Source: Octopus vulgaris
Taxonomy: Eukaryota
Length of the DNA: 64,000 nucleotides
Assembly: GCA_951406725.2 (NCBI GenBank)
Contig: OX597823.1
Coordinates: forward strand, 98,332,001-98,396,000
Direction of reading: 5' to 3'
The position numbers and the translations under genes are program-made. A model generated the notes under the pieces. The model did no database searches. It saw only the letters and a program-made list of their open reading frames with translations, and was not told where the DNA came from. Positions 50,096 to 64,000 of this stretch are shown here, in pieces. The first letter of the stretch is position 1. The number at the start of each line of letters is the position of its first letter.

Positions 50096-51149
50096 TGGGC
50101 AGGCACACTCATACATATGTGTGCGTGTCTGTGTGTATTATATAAAAAAATGGGGAGGGTTGGTTTATGGGATTACCTTGGGTTTCCTGTCCATAAAGGG
50201 TTTAGCTTTATGGCATATCATCAGATCTGAAAACATATTGGCCCATGACCTCTTAAAAATATGCACGGGAAACCTATAGTCATCCCATAAACTGGCCTTC
50301 CCTATTTTAAATTGCTCTACAACTTATAGTGTGCTTCTTCTTTTGGATTTTATCATGAAATACATTTTGTAATGGTTAGTACTGGCTTCAGTCTTTTCAA
50401 CTTTTTCAACTAAGAGTAAAGCAAAGGTGGATATTAATTAAGAAAAACAATTGAAGAAAAAATCAAATGAAATTTTTTGTAAATATTTCCATAGTCTTCA
50501 AATAGGTAGGAGATTTTCCTTCTTTCTGTCTCTCTCGTTTCCTTTGTGAAAGCTGAAAAAATAGTGTTTATGGGTGCAGAGAAATATTAGTTTTTGAAGT
50601 TTGATGGCTTAAGCAGCAGCAGCAGCTAAGGAAGGAGAAGGCGAAGAAGAAGGAGTGGAAAAAGAAAAAGATGGGTGTGCTATGACTCAGTAGTAGTGAT
50701 TGACCTAAAAGCAACCTGTTGTGGTTGTAGCCATAGTGGTAGAAACTGTTCTAAATGAATTCATGGGTAGTGACTGTTCTTAATATATCTATTGTTTTTA
50801 TTATTTGCCTGGATATTATGGCACGTAAAAAGCACTATCCGAACGTGGCTGCTGCCAGCGCCGCCTGACTGGCGTCCGTGTTGGTGATACGTAAAAAGTA
50901 CCAATGGATTGTGGCTGTTTGCCAGCCTCCTCTGGCCCCTGTGCCAGTGGCATGTAAAAAGCACCCACTACACTCATGGAGTGGTTGGTTTTAGGAAGGG
51001 CATCCAGCTGTAGAAACACTGCCAGATCAGACTGGAGCCTGGTGCAGCCTCCTGGCTTCCCAGACCCCGGTTGAACCGTCCAACCCATGCTAGCATGGAA
51101 AACGGATGTTAAACGATGATGATGATAATGATGATGATCCTTGCTGTAG

Positions 51150-52830
51150 TGTCATCTGTGGTGGAAGCATTCAAAAGAGGTTTATATTTTGTGATAAAAT
51201 ATCATTCTTTGCTAATGTGTTTCATTATAGGTTGCATTGTCCCTAAATTTATAGAGGGGGAAATATTCTAAAGTTGAGTTGTCTATTACTGGCGCAAATG
51301 TTGATGTTTTCACTTAATGGTATTTTTCTGTGCCCCCATATTTTAATCTGGGATCTATGTATGGGTCATCCTCTGGCATAGACTGTTTTCAGTTTGACCA
51401 GTGTATTATTCTCGACACCCTAAGAAAGTTAACATATATATATCAGGTTTTCCGTAGCACATGTAAAGTTGGTTTTCACTGTAAAATGTTGACCCTGTTT
51501 GAAGAAGAACTCCAATCTCTCAATTAGGTTGACGCATATACCACAGTTAGGTCTTCTGCATTTTTTACTGTTGGTGTCAATGTTGTTGACGAGTGGACTT
51601 GGGCTTCTGTTAGAATACTATTCATTGACTTGGGCTGTCTTTTTCTCTTTATAACGGTGTGCGTTTGGAGGATTTGATTCATTCTATGGTCCCTTTTTAG
51701 TAAAGGAATGTCCTGAAGGATGGTGTTGAAAGCCTTATTGTTTAGGGGGTTGTGTGTGGATATTTATGGTAGGGCATTTGGTTGTAATTCATTCTTTAGT
51801 TTGGAAAGTCTGAGCTCGTGGATGTTGAGTTGTAGGGCAGGTTTGAAAGCCTATATCAATTGGTGATGGTAGGTAGTTGCTGCTGATGAGTGTATCCTTT
51901 AGCTCATGTAGTCATGTGTCCCTTGTATCAGGTACTATAGTGCAAATCCTTTTTGCCAGGTTGAAAGGGATATTCATTCTAGTGTGTCTGAGGTGGTATG
52001 AGTTGAATGGTAGATATTGCTTGGAGTTTGTGGGTTTATAGTATGTGTCTGTTTCTATTTTGCTGTTGGATTTCTTAATGAGGATGTCAAGGAATGGAAG
52101 TTGTTGATGGTTATATTTCATCGTAAATTGAATGTTAATGTCAAGTCCATTTAGAAGTGCCTTAAATTCTTTAAGTCTCTCTATATGTTCATGCCAAAGA
52201 ATGAAGCAGTCATCTAGAAGTCTCTTCCAATTATTTTCTATGTAAAGGGAGAATGGATTTCCATATTTTTCTAGTACCTTATGATAAAAAGAGTGATTTC
52301 TAGGTACCCCATAACTAGGTTAGCAAAGGAGGGACCATTCTTGTACCCATTGCAGTCCCCAATTTCTGTTGATAGAAGTTGTCATTGAATATGAAGAAGT
52401 TATTCTCCAAGATGAATTTTAAGCCCTTCTGTCATGAATTCTCTTTTGATGCAGTGTGGGAGTTCATTGGAATAATTCTCTAGCCAGAATTGCATTGCCT
52501 CTATTCCTAGGTTGTGGGGTATATTAGAATACAGGTTGACTACATCAAAGGTTACTAGTAGGGTTGTTCCTTTTATTGTTTCAGGGAGGTGGTCGAGCAT
52601 ATTTAGGTTGTCCCTTATGTAACTTTTGATCTGCATGGGAAGTGGGTTTAAAAGGGTCTCTAAAAAGTTGCTGTGGCAGAGAGTTTCGCATGTGGGGTCT
52701 GCTATTATAGGTCTTAATTTGAACTCATTAGGTGGCAGTACCTTGACTATTATGTCTGTAGTTCCCCTGCATGCATTACTTGTTTTTTTCACTTTTGTGT
52801 ATCTTAGGAATACCATACAATTGACTGGAT
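51150..52830 (-). mobile_element. Penelope-like element (RT plus GIY-YIG), decayed
   Basis: LRPIIA, TFDVVNLYSNIP, AMGTR, WKRLLDDCFILW, LPFLDILI, YYKPTNSKQYL, FTCATENLIY...YTGQTEN. Confidence 0.9.
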
Positions 52831-53235
52831 TTACTTTTGAAGTTAGTCATATTCCTTGTCAGCCCCTTTCTGTATAGGTTTATCAGAGTTTATAGACTTC
52901 TCATTATTTTCTGCTGACTGTAGGTTTGGGCCTTTTCATAGAATGTTGTGTCTTCTAATATGGATAGCGCTAGAGTTATATAATATACTGGGTCCATTAA
53001 GACAACTGTACTCCCTTTATCAACCTCCTTGATAGTTATTGTTTTATCATCCTTTATTTTGACTTTATTTTAATGGACTCCTGTAAAAGTTATTTCTAGT
53101 GCCAACCATTTTCTTTTTCAGGAAATAATTTTTTTATGTGTTACTTATCATTTATGATAAAGATGTTCAAAGAAATATATTTTTCAATTGTTTCCCAAAT
53201 CTAATTTTTACTTTCGTCTCTGCTCCTTTTTCTAG

Positions 53236-53448
53236 TGAGCTGAAAAATGAAATCCAGGACATTCGCATGAAAGGAATTCTACGAGATGGAGACGATTCAT
53301 CTCGATTGTGTGCCCGTTGTCATTCTCCGCTGGGCGTTATTTTTAACAAGGGTGAAGTATGCCCAAACTGTCGTTTCAAGATGTGCAAAAACTGCCGTGT
53401 TGCTCTCTTCAGTGGTGGCTGGACATGTATTTTCTGCTTCAAAAATAT
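53236..53448 (+). CDS. Zinc-finger exon (FYVE-related RabBD finger) of the same Slp/Slac2-family gene
   Basis: Acceptor ctcctttttctag and donor AT|GTAAG; 213 nt, phase 2-2. Encodes ELKNEIQDIRMKGILRDGDDSSRLCARCHSPLGVIFNKGEVCPNCRFKMCKNCRVALFSGGWTCIFCFKN, with four CxxC pairs and WxCxxC, as in SYTL4/5 (LKNEL..I..KG...CARC..LG) and melanophilin. Confidence 0.92.
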
Positions 53449-56400
53449 GTAAGCATAATTTTATTTTTTTTATTTCCTGATGGTGATGGCCCTCTTTCTC
53501 AAAGACTAGGGGAACTAGACATTTCATTTCAATAATTGTACATTTAATTGAATAACTTGCTTTTCCCTCTACAGACACAAGTGTTTTTAACCTAGGACTT
53601 CTGATTTTAATGTCACTACTGCCCACAGTAGTTTGTTTGTATCAGTATCAATTTAAATTTTTCCAAGTGATTGTAGAGGGAGGGAGACTGTGAAAGCGTT
53701 GGGTGTAATCTCTTGCAGCATCAGTTCTGGCGCTTTGCCATTTGACTGTGACAACAGTTGTGCCAGTTGTATTGGACCTTCTCTTTCCCTTGGACAATGT
53801 CAGTGGCAAAGGAAATAGGAGACTTGCATGCAGGGACAACTGGTTGTCTTCTTCAAAATAATTTCTATTCTTTTTTCTCTTCTCATCACTTTTTATCTCA
53901 GCTTGCTTTTGGGATGACCATAGAAAATGACAACACAATAAGACTTGTATAAACAGAAAACTGGTAAAAGATGGCAAACAATCAGTTGACTATAATGTGA
54001 TATATATGAATAATAAATATTTTATGGGAAGCTTGTATTCATGTGAGTTAAAATGTCACTTGAGAATTAGAACAATAGCTGTTACTTATGAATGAGAAGA
54101 TGCATGCAAAATGGAGTAATGAAAATTTATAAAGTCTGATTTACTTGCCTACGAAGAGGATAATGATTGTTTCTAGTCCAATACATTTTATAGGTGGAAG
54201 TATTATAGATGGAACTATTTTTTTTATTTGTTAGTTTAAATCTATAAGTGTAGACAAACTGCTTACAATGTACAAATAATATTCAAACAATTAATTATAA
54301 GTCACCTAGGTACAAGGGTAATTTAAGTGCAAAGGAGTTAACTAAAAAGATGAGGGGGAACAAGATGTTCCCTTCCAATAACTTTTCATTTAATTAAACA
54401 ACTTGCCTCTCCTTTTGTATAGACACCAGTGTTTTTAACGAAGGCCTTGTGATTTTAATGTCACCACTGCCCAATTGGTCTCTAGTAACATCAATTTAAA
54501 TCTTTCCAAGTGGAACATTGATAAATGTGTTTAGTATTGATGCCTTGTATTGATCCTCATATCGATTGGGCCACGAGAAATGTAGCTTTAATCTTTTGAT
54601 GTTGAAAACCATTGGAAAAAGGTTTGTACTGTTGATACATTAAAAACAGCCAGAGATGTTTTATTGTTTATTCAGTCTGGCTATTTGTATTTAATGCTTT
54701 GCCAAATAATAGTTACAACCTGCATGAATTGTCCCATCCCTTCTATTGACATACAGAATGAAGAAATATGACAAACTATCTTTTGATATCAGCAGAAGAA
54801 AAACAAAAAAAATCTAACACTATTAGTAAAGCAATAAGATTGAGATAGATTAACTGAATTGGTCTTCAAACAATACAAGCTGCAATTTAGACAATGTACA
54901 CATTTGTAATTTGTGTGCTTCTGTAATGATTTGGCAGTTGTGAGAATGTTGAATAAAGACAGCCTTGTTGTACTGGTCCTGACTGTCTGTGCTTCAAGTT
55001 CAAATCTTGCTGAGATCAACATTGTCTTTCATTCCTTCTGGGGCTGGTAAAATAAATCCAGAGCAGTGAATGGTGTATTGTTAGATTTTTGTTGAGCTGA
55101 ATGCATTATAGTATCTGTTCTCACTCTCAGTACTCTGACAGCAATGACACTAGTGTCAAGGGGTATAGGCCCTCATTTTGCCATTTCTGTGGAGAGAAGA
55201 GGCTTGTATGCATAGGTAGTTGCTAGTTTTCCTCAAAATGAAAACCTTGCCTGCACATGCCCTGGCTCTCTGTCAGTTATGACGATAGCTGTTCCTGTTG
55301 ACTTGATTAATGGAACAGCCTACTTGTGAAATCAATGGAACAGCCTATTTGTGCAAGTGGCTGAGCACTCCACGGACATGCATACCCATAACATAATTCT
55401 CAGGGAGATTCAGCATGACAGAATGTGACAAGACTGGCCCTTTGAAATACAGGCATTACTCATTTTTACCAGCTGAGTAGACTGGAACAATGTGAAATAA
55501 AGTGTCTTGCTCAAGGAGACAATGTGCCCGCAGGAATTGAACTCACGACCTCATGATCGTGAACCAAACACCCTAAACACTAAGCCACACACCTGCACAT
55601 ACAAGTGTAGATACATAGTTAACCCTAACTGATTTAATGTGCTTCACTTGAGTTTAAACAAGTAGTAGTTCAGTTTAATTTTGCTAGGCCAAGTGTCAGG
55701 ACAAATTGATTGTGAAGCTTGCCAAGTTAAAAATAAAGGAATCAAATGCCAGTTTTACTTTGAAAAAGGAATTGTTCTGGAACTGATTTTGCTTTTTTAA
55801 AGAGCAAGAAAAAAATGGTTTAAAGAGATTTTTAATTGTTCAGTAAAAGGACAAACAGTGGAGAGTAGAAAATCAGAAAATTTCAAGATTAATAAAAATT
55901 AAGTTAAAAATCTGTGCTGAGATGAGATGACCAACTGGATAAACTTATCATCAAAGGATGTTGAGTTTAAATTCCCTGTTTGTATTTTGTTGTTTCTAGA
56001 CACAACACAATATTACCTCAGTTCATTGAGCTTAGGAACACATACGAAATCTGCTGTCTTATTCAAAGAGAGATCTATCTCTTATCTCCATGCTATGACA
56101 TCATATCTAAGGGCTGTTTCTCAAGCTTCTCTTTACTGAAGAGAGCTTGAGAGATATTTAGTTGTTAACCAATCTATAAACAGAAAAAACAGAAAAAAAA
56201 CAATGTAATTCATGAAGTGATTTAAGGTAAATATTATATAGTCTACTTTGGCAAAATTTCTATATAATTTACCCACAGTTCAATTTTTTTTCAAAGCTGT
56301 GAAATGCTCTTCTTTAACCTACTTCTATAAAATTTAAAATGAATCTTTTAGATAGCTTTTGTTAACCTTTCTATAATGATATTTATTATCTGTATATCAG

Positions 56401-56843
56401 CTGTGTTCACTGGACATTAATTTATTAATAACAGTTTCTGCTCCAGTGCACATTGCAAGTTTTTGTTATATCAGGTGATGACTGGGTGGTCGATCGGTTT
56501 AGTCATTAGTGTGTGTCAGGTGGAATGTCTTGCAATACTTATTCTGGTTCCTTCTGCTCTGAGTTCAAATCTTGCTGAGATAAACTTGGCTGTTCATTCT
56601 TTTGGGGTCAACAAATATAGTACCATCCTGACTGTTCTACTGGATCAAAGGGCAGGAGGTGGTCAAGAAGATATCTAAAGCCATTAATGAAAGTAGGATA
56701 CATGCTGGTGGTAAATTTTCCTTAATTGCTAGTAATGAATGTTACATATATACATACATACACATGCATGCATGGTAATTGTTCCATCTTCACAGATGGT
56801 AGCCATCTCTGTTTTGCTTCCTTGTGGTATTATTGACTTTAAA

Positions 56844-57074
56844 GGTGGCGAGCTGGCAGAAACGTTAGCACGTCGGGTGAAATGCTGAGCAGTATTTCGT
56901 CTGCTGCTACGTTCTGAGTTCAAATTCTGCCAAGGTCGACTTTGCCTTTCATTCCTTCGGGGTCAATTAAATAAGTACCAGTTATGCACTGGGGTTGATA
57001 TAATCGACTTAATCCGTCTGTCTGTCCTTGTTTGCCTCCTCTGTGTTTAGCTCGTTGTGGGTAGTAAAGAAATA
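56844..57074 (+). mobile_element. Full-length Nin-domain-type tRNA-SINE with a 15-bp TSD
   Basis: ggtattattgacttt (56826-56840) and ggtattactgacttt (57075-57089). Confidence 0.8.
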
Positions 57075-60000
57075 GGTATTACTGACTTTCTTTGACCTCT
57101 CAGATAACCATTCTGTCCCACTGCATAACTGTATGTTTCCAGCTGGATAATCTACACTTGTTGCCACTATTCCGTTATCATAAGACTTTCAGTAGACCGA
57201 ATGACGAATGAGGTCACAGTAAAGAGACCTCTGTACATCATAGGATTATAATGATCAACACTTGTACAACACAAGTACCACTTGCTGAGTCTCTGTGATT
57301 AGTACCTAGTGACAGGCTTGTTACATACATGCAAACATATCATGTATGCATACATACACATACCATGTCATACGTATACCATGTCATACATATCGTATCT
57401 TATGTCATTGGTCTCAGAGTCTAGACTTACTTGCTTGCAGGGGTCAAATGAGACTAAGTTGGGGCAGTATTTTCTATAGTCAGATGTCCTTCCTGGTGCT
57501 TACCCTTATCTCTTTCCAAACAAGGTAATAGTCCCCCAGTCTAGAAAAAATTAAGCAGCCTGGATGTGGTTACCTGGAGAGAAATGAAAACAATCAATGC
57601 TGTTTGAATGGACCTTTTTGTCTACAAAGATTACAAAACATGTCAAGACTTGTGAAGAAGCCAGGATACGCTTTTAGTGGTGGACTGCAAGAGAACAACA
57701 CAGCTTTATTAATAATGATGCTTTTGTTTATAAACAGTGGACACAAATGAAAAGAAGCAGTATTACAAACTTGCTTGCACACACACATATGCACGCACAC
57801 ACACACATTGGATTGTTCATTTGTTTTACATTGTTTTTTAAAATTCACGTTCTTGTACCTTGAGGGCACACTTGGACACTTGATCCTTACCATCTTCACC
57901 TCTCTTCCCATCCCCCACTCTAATTACTCTCATACACACTTATTACATGAAATAACCATGTATCTTCTCTACAGCAAGGAATTTGTTCCTACCCTTCCTT
58001 TCATAGTTTAACCTTTCAGCACATAAAGCTCCCTTTCTTTCTATTGTACTCTTGTTTGGTTGGGACAGACCTTTAGTCTTTTAAATTACATGGCTTCTCC
58101 ACTGCTGCTGGCACCACAAAATAGTGCCTAGTACACTCTATAAAGTGTGCTTGTTTGATTTTATGAAGAGCATCCGGTCATAGAAACGTTGCCAAAAAAA
58201 TACATGATGCACTTCTCTGGCTCATTAGATCCAGTCAAACCCTCCAACCCATGCCAGCATGGAAGACAGATGTTAAACAGTGATGATAGTAATAATGATT
58301 TTCTATGCTTGCGTGTGTTGTTTGACTATGTTATTATGTTAGGCATTGTCTTACAGACGGATGCTCTTCCTGATGCTAACCTTTACCTGCTTTTCATGTA
58401 AGAGATCTCTTATTCCCCTTGGCTGTGATGGCATGAAGTGACGAGATGATTTGTTGACAGGAGGACTGAAAACTGCAGCACTGCTCACCATAACTATAAC
58501 TGTTACGAAAAGATTACACACTCACACATTCATATTTGTACATACATACATGCATGCGTGACAGTCTTCCAGTTTCTATGAACCACATTCACTTACAACA
58601 CTTTGGTCCATCTGGGGCCATAGCAGAATATTTTTGCCCCCTTTTTACATTTGCTTTTTCCATTCTGGCATGGGTTGGATTTTGAATGGAACTCCTGCAG
58701 CTGGACGTTTTTCATGCCATCGGCCATTACTTGCTTTTCATATAAGGTATTTTTTGATCTACTGGTCATTAGACTACTGGGACCACTGAGTCACAGGACA
58801 TATTGGAGTTGCTCAGAGATGCAGCCAAGGAACCACAGGTCATATCGAAGATGTTTACAATTGCAGTCAAATGTGACGATACAATGTGCAGGCACATGCA
58901 TGCATGCGCACATGCACACGCACACACGTTTCTTGTAGAGTTTCCATCTACCAGATTTTACTCACAAGACATTGGTCAGTGCATGGCTATAGTAGGAGAA
59001 AGTACTACACACAGTGGAATGGAGTCTGAGATCATGTGATTGGGAAGTGAGTTTTGAAACAACACAGCCATGTTTGTTGTACCTACGCAGCAACATTTCA
59101 TTGGCATATGGACTTAAGTAAACCCCTTAAACATTTGCATTCTTGCTCTGTGAATAATTCATTCACTAACAACAAAGAAATTCTATTCCCTCACTCTCTA
59201 TTGATTTTCTTCTTCTGCTGCTGCTACATGAATGCAATTTCCTAGTTTTGATTGTGCATGTCTTATAAAAATGGTACCAATAGAATAAACAGTGTCTATT
59301 TCTTCCTGTCTGTCACAATAGTACTTAATAAGATAAACAGAGAATTGGTAGTAAGGTGTTTGACCAACAACACTTCCCACTTCTGTCCTAGAACTATTGA
59401 AACGACTACATTTCACTCGATTATAATTAATTAGTCAGCTTAATTGCTAATGGTGATTTGTGACCAAGAACTGGTTTTTAACTCGATTTATTTTATTTTA
59501 CTTTTTGATGTAATATTCGATCAATAAAGGAGGTACAGGCCCCATAACTATTTCTTATTAAAGTTTTTTTCCTTTGATTCTTATTTGTGAGGAGGTTATT
59601 TTTTAAATATCTAACCTAATGGTATGAAGTTGTCTTATCAACTATATGGTTCTGGGCTCAATCCCTACTGTGTGATACCCTGGACTATTATAGCCTCAAG
59701 ACAAGCAATGTCTTATGAGTGGAACTGGGTGATGGAAAATGAGAAGAAGTTTGTTGTTTGTGTGAGTGTGTATGTAAATGTTATTCCACACATCCTCATT
59801 AACACTGTCTGGGTAAAAACAGTGTCTTTGTTTACATTTTCCAAATTATTAAATGTCTTATAGTTTCAGCCTTCAATGGTTGAGGACCAGTAGAATGAAA
59901 ATATACCTTACATAGAAAACAGTTGAGGGTTGACCCAAGTCTTGTGAGTAAAACTAGAAGTCTGTCAGATGGATTATTCTTGTTACTGAACAGTCTGGCC

Positions 60001-62339
60001 TCGTCACACATTGTGTCACTAATTCTGTCTGAGAATTACTATAAGGGAACATGTATGGAATAAATCAGTAACATAATAAATTACTTTAACAAATAAGTAA
60101 GTCTGTTGATTGAACTAATTAATGCTCATCATTGTCGCCAACACTGGATCCACCACCATCAATGCTGTAACTGTGGGCCAATGATCATCATCGTTTAATG
60201 TCCGCTTGGACGATTTTGACTGAGGGCTGGCGAATCAGATGGCTGCACCAGGCTCCAATCTTGATCTGGCAGAGTTTCTACAGCTGGATGCCCTTCCTAA
60301 CGCCAACCACTCCGAGAGTGTAGTGGGTGCTTTATAAATGCCACCAGCACGGGGGCCAGTCAGGTGGTACTGGCAATGACCTCACTCAAATCTTTTTACA
60401 CATGCCACCGGCACAGGTGCCAGTAAGGCGACATTGGTGACGATCACGCTCGAATGGTGCCCTTTTATGTGCCACCGGCATGGAAACCTGTTGGCTGCTC
60501 TGGCAATAATCACGCTCGGATGGTGCTCGAGGAAGTCTTTTCATAGTCACTCAACTTGTGAGAAATAATAACTAAATCTTCCTCAAACAACATCCTCCCA
60601 TCTTAAAACTAGCAGGACTCGTTGAATAATGTAGTTCTAGATACACACTATCAGGATAAAAGACTGGTTGGTCACAGCTGCAATGTCTTTGAACATAGAG
60701 CTGCTTGACCTAAGGGTAACAATAATGACATGAAATTAAAGGGGTCTTAACTAGTAAACAAAACCATCTCATGGGTCAATTGGATCTCGTTAAATTGATT
60801 CGCAAAATCAGCCTCCTTTAATTTTGCTCAGATTGCTTTCAATTTTAGTGTATTGATGCAACTCTGAATTTTGATTACTAAAGTAACCAATTACTTTATC
60901 TCATAAACTAAAGAATCTGATGTTATTTGGAATTAAAGCTGGGAAAATTTGGGTAATTTTAGCCAATTAACAGACAGTGAGGCATTAACAGCTTGTTACC
61001 ATGACAACTGCATATTGTGTTGTGTTTCACTTCACGCTACGAGATTTACTTCACCTGCATGTTTTGTTTTAATAAAAATTTATATTTGTCAATTAGAATT
61101 TTATTGTAAATATTTTTCATCAATTGTCTTAATATCATAAATATTTTTCATATATTTTTCATCTATATTTTACATATATTTTGTGAAGTTTTCTATTCGT
61201 TGCAATGAATGTCTTTCAGTTTAACCCCAGGCCAGGCCAGAATGAGCCATTCTGTATTTTTATCGAAGATGTTGGACAGCATTATTTAATGTGTCCTTCA
61301 TTTTTGGGATCTTTTCCTTTTGAACGGCAGTTTTCAACACAATTTCTAGTTAACTAAACACTTTTAAACTTCGTATACTGGTAGAATGTGTTTATAAAGC
61401 ATCATTTTTTCTTGGCTTTATTGAGAAAATTCTATATGTTGTAACATATTTCGACTTTAATTTCGAGCATTTTGGCAATTTTAACCAATCGCTGACCTCC
61501 ATTTGGGGTTAAAACATTCTGTACAGACCAATATTCAAAATGGTTGTGTTGGTTGTTGATTTACTTAAAGTCAGTTGTGTCAATATCATCCCCAATTTGA
61601 GAACCCTTGCAGCCGAGTATGGTTTGAGAGGACGATTTGGCTGCTATTTCTAATGTGTTGATTGAGTGACTATGTAATTCTCCCCCCCCCCTCCCATTCC
61701 TGCTTCCCATCATCACGAACATTCGTTTCTGCTTGAATTAAATATTGAATGACTTCCGTGAATTTTCTGAATTATTCACTTTCCATTTCATTCTATAACT
61801 GTTAATCATTTACATGAACGAATAATGACAAGATGTCAATTATTTCACCTTTCCTGTGATCACCGATGATTTGAAAATGGAAATTATAAACCTACAGTAC
61901 ATCATTTAAATGTTTTTGAAAAACAATTCACATTTTCAGAATACAAACGAATGATAAGACGTAAGAGAATAAGTAGTGAATGTTGAGAAAATATATTTTG
62001 AAAATGTCATCTTTATACATCAGTGTGAGTCCTTGTTTTCTAAACCCATGTTCTTAAGATTCAAATATCGAGAAAAATCTGTCTGATGTCAAATTAGAAC
62101 AACACTTTAAGTGTGGAAGCTGTGAGATGTATGAACCAGTTTTCAACAAGTTCAGTGGAGATTTGCTGCAACGAAGTGAAGATGAATGAGAATTATTTCT
62201 GACTTTCGTTGTCTCATGTATGCATTATACAGCATTTAATGTCATTATACCTGTGTTTATGTATCAAATGATTCCATGACTGACACATTTGCACACATAC
62301 GGAAGTCTGTATGTATGTGCATAAATGGGTGTGTATATA

Positions 62340-62520
62340 TCTTATATAAAATCTGTTCTGTCTGTCTGTCTGTTTGTGTGTCTTCTCGGATCTCGGGCAT
62401 CCTCCATCTGATTGCGCTCAGATTTGATATGTAGATACCGACGGTATCAGGGCGTGTATAAGTCTTGAAAAAATTACAAAAATCGATTCCAGGTGAGAAT
62501 GCGATTGATAAAGCTGTTTT
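62340..62520 (+). mobile_element. Helitron-like 5' end
   Basis: A|TCTTATATAAAA followed by (TCTG)n, typical of non-autonomous Helitron 5' ends; no 3' CTAG identified. Confidence 0.45.
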
Positions 62521-62849
62521 TGTCCTGCTTTTCTCCTATCAACCTGTACATAACTGCACCTTCCATTTTTTGTTGTATTTGTACTGCTTAAAGGCACGTT
62601 TCTTTCCTGCCAAGCTTACTGTTTAAACCATGTTTGTGTTCTCCCAGCCTTATCATTACTGGTACTTTAAACTCTTCAGTTGCATATTTGTGTGAATAAA
62701 ATCGTTTTTCTTTGGAATAGAAAAAAAGTCTATCTTTATTTCTTCTTTTGCTGGTGTCTCAAATTTAGGTTAAATCAGTGTTTCTCAAAGGGGAGGCCTA
62801 TGGGACGGTCGGACAATTTTTTTTTTTTTTTTTTTAAATCCTTATACAG

Positions 62850-64000
62850 AAACACACACACGCATACCCATGTATCCACGACCCCCCCCCCCAACATACC
62901 TACTTCCAACACACCTACCTCCAACACACCACACACATACAACCTACACACACTTGTATGCACACATACTTCCACACCTACACATACACCCACACACGCC
63001 CACGCACACATGCCCGTGCACACACACCAACAACCAATACCCATACAGATACACACACCCTTATAAACACCTAGTAGAGACACACACACACATACACACA
63101 CGTCACGCACATGTACATTACGCCCACACAACCCCAGAGGAAACCCCACGCACACACACATACATCCACACACACATACATACGTACACACATACATACA
63201 TACACTCACACATTCATACATACATACATACATACACACACACAAACATACACATACACACACACACATACATACATACATACATACATACACACATACA
63301 TACACACATACACACACATACATACATACATACACACACACATACACACACACATACATACATACATACACACACATACACACACACACATACACATACA
63401 TACATACACACGCACTCACATGCACACATACATGCATACATACACACACACATACACGCATGCACACATATACATATATTTGTATCTAGGCGCACGCTTT
63501 ATAGTTGAGGGATTGTTGGTGATGGGATTTTTGGTGTGGGTGTTTGTGGGTCCGCAGGCTCAGCGCGCCTTGGGATACGGCCGGCCCCATATGCGTGCTT
63601 GTGTGTGTGTGTGTGTATACATACATACATACATGCATGCATGCACGTGCGCACACATACATACCTACATACATACACACACACTTACACACATACACAC
63701 ACACATACATGCACACACATACACACACACACACATACATACATATATACATACAGACATACACACATACACTCACACATACATACACACACACACATAC
63801 ATACACACCCACATACACGCATACACACACACACACGCATACATACATACTTTACGCCCACACAACTCCAGAAGAAACCCCACGCACACATGCATACATT
63901 CACACACACACACACACATACGTACACACACATACATACATACATTCATACATTCATTCACATATACATACATACACACACACACACAAACATACGCATA
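62850..64000. repeat. Compound CA/CATA microsatellite block containing a duplicated unit
   Basis: ttacgcccacacaaccccagaggaaaccccacgcacac at ~63118 recurs at ~63852. The block explains all the C/V/M/Y-rich and H/T-rich ORFs. Confidence 0.9.

Larger units (their letters stand above)
10427..53235 (+). other. Predicted 42,809-bp GT-AG intron between the SHD1 and zinc-finger exons
   Basis: Phase compatibility and protein continuity (SKI-N-ELKNE). No other recognisable coding exon was seen between the two. Confidence 0.75.

Noticed and set aside
53138-53235. N-terminal part of the listed ORF 53138-53452
   Set aside because: Intronic read-through upstream of the acceptor at 53235.
61860-62200. Candidate next exon of the Rab effector
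   Set aside because: No SHD2 (S/T)G(E/D)W motif and no compatible splice sites.
62680-63985. Long ORFs up to 230 aa
   Set aside because: They are translations of CA/CATA microsatellite.

Overview
This is AT-rich, repeat-saturated animal genomic DNA. The SINE/LINE families look like coleoid cephalopod, most likely Octopus (inference from repeat content). The only host gene I can support is a + strand Rab27-effector (Slp/Slac2, SYTL/melanophilin-like) gene. Its ATG/SHD1 exon (10317-10426, absent from the ORF track) splices in phase to a zinc-finger exon (53236-53448) across a 42.8-kb intron; later exons were not found. Most of the rest is transposon debris: RTE LINEs (with a PHD finger inside the RT), CR1/L2-group LINEs, several Penelope-like elements (PLEs), one LTR retrotransposon, a mariner remnant, Helitron-like ends, four tRNA-SINE families and microsatellites. 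Three signals stand out. (1) At least seven hammerhead-ribozyme-like motifs, several tied to PLE ends and four in sense with the host intron, including one with a swapped G3-C8 core pair. (2) A 752-bp terminally redundant AT-rich insert fused to a LINE 3' end that looks like a copy of a 718-nt circular template. (3) Rab-binding residues in the host gene that A-to-I editing could restore. All alignments, folds and translations were done by eye, and repeat boundaries are approximate.
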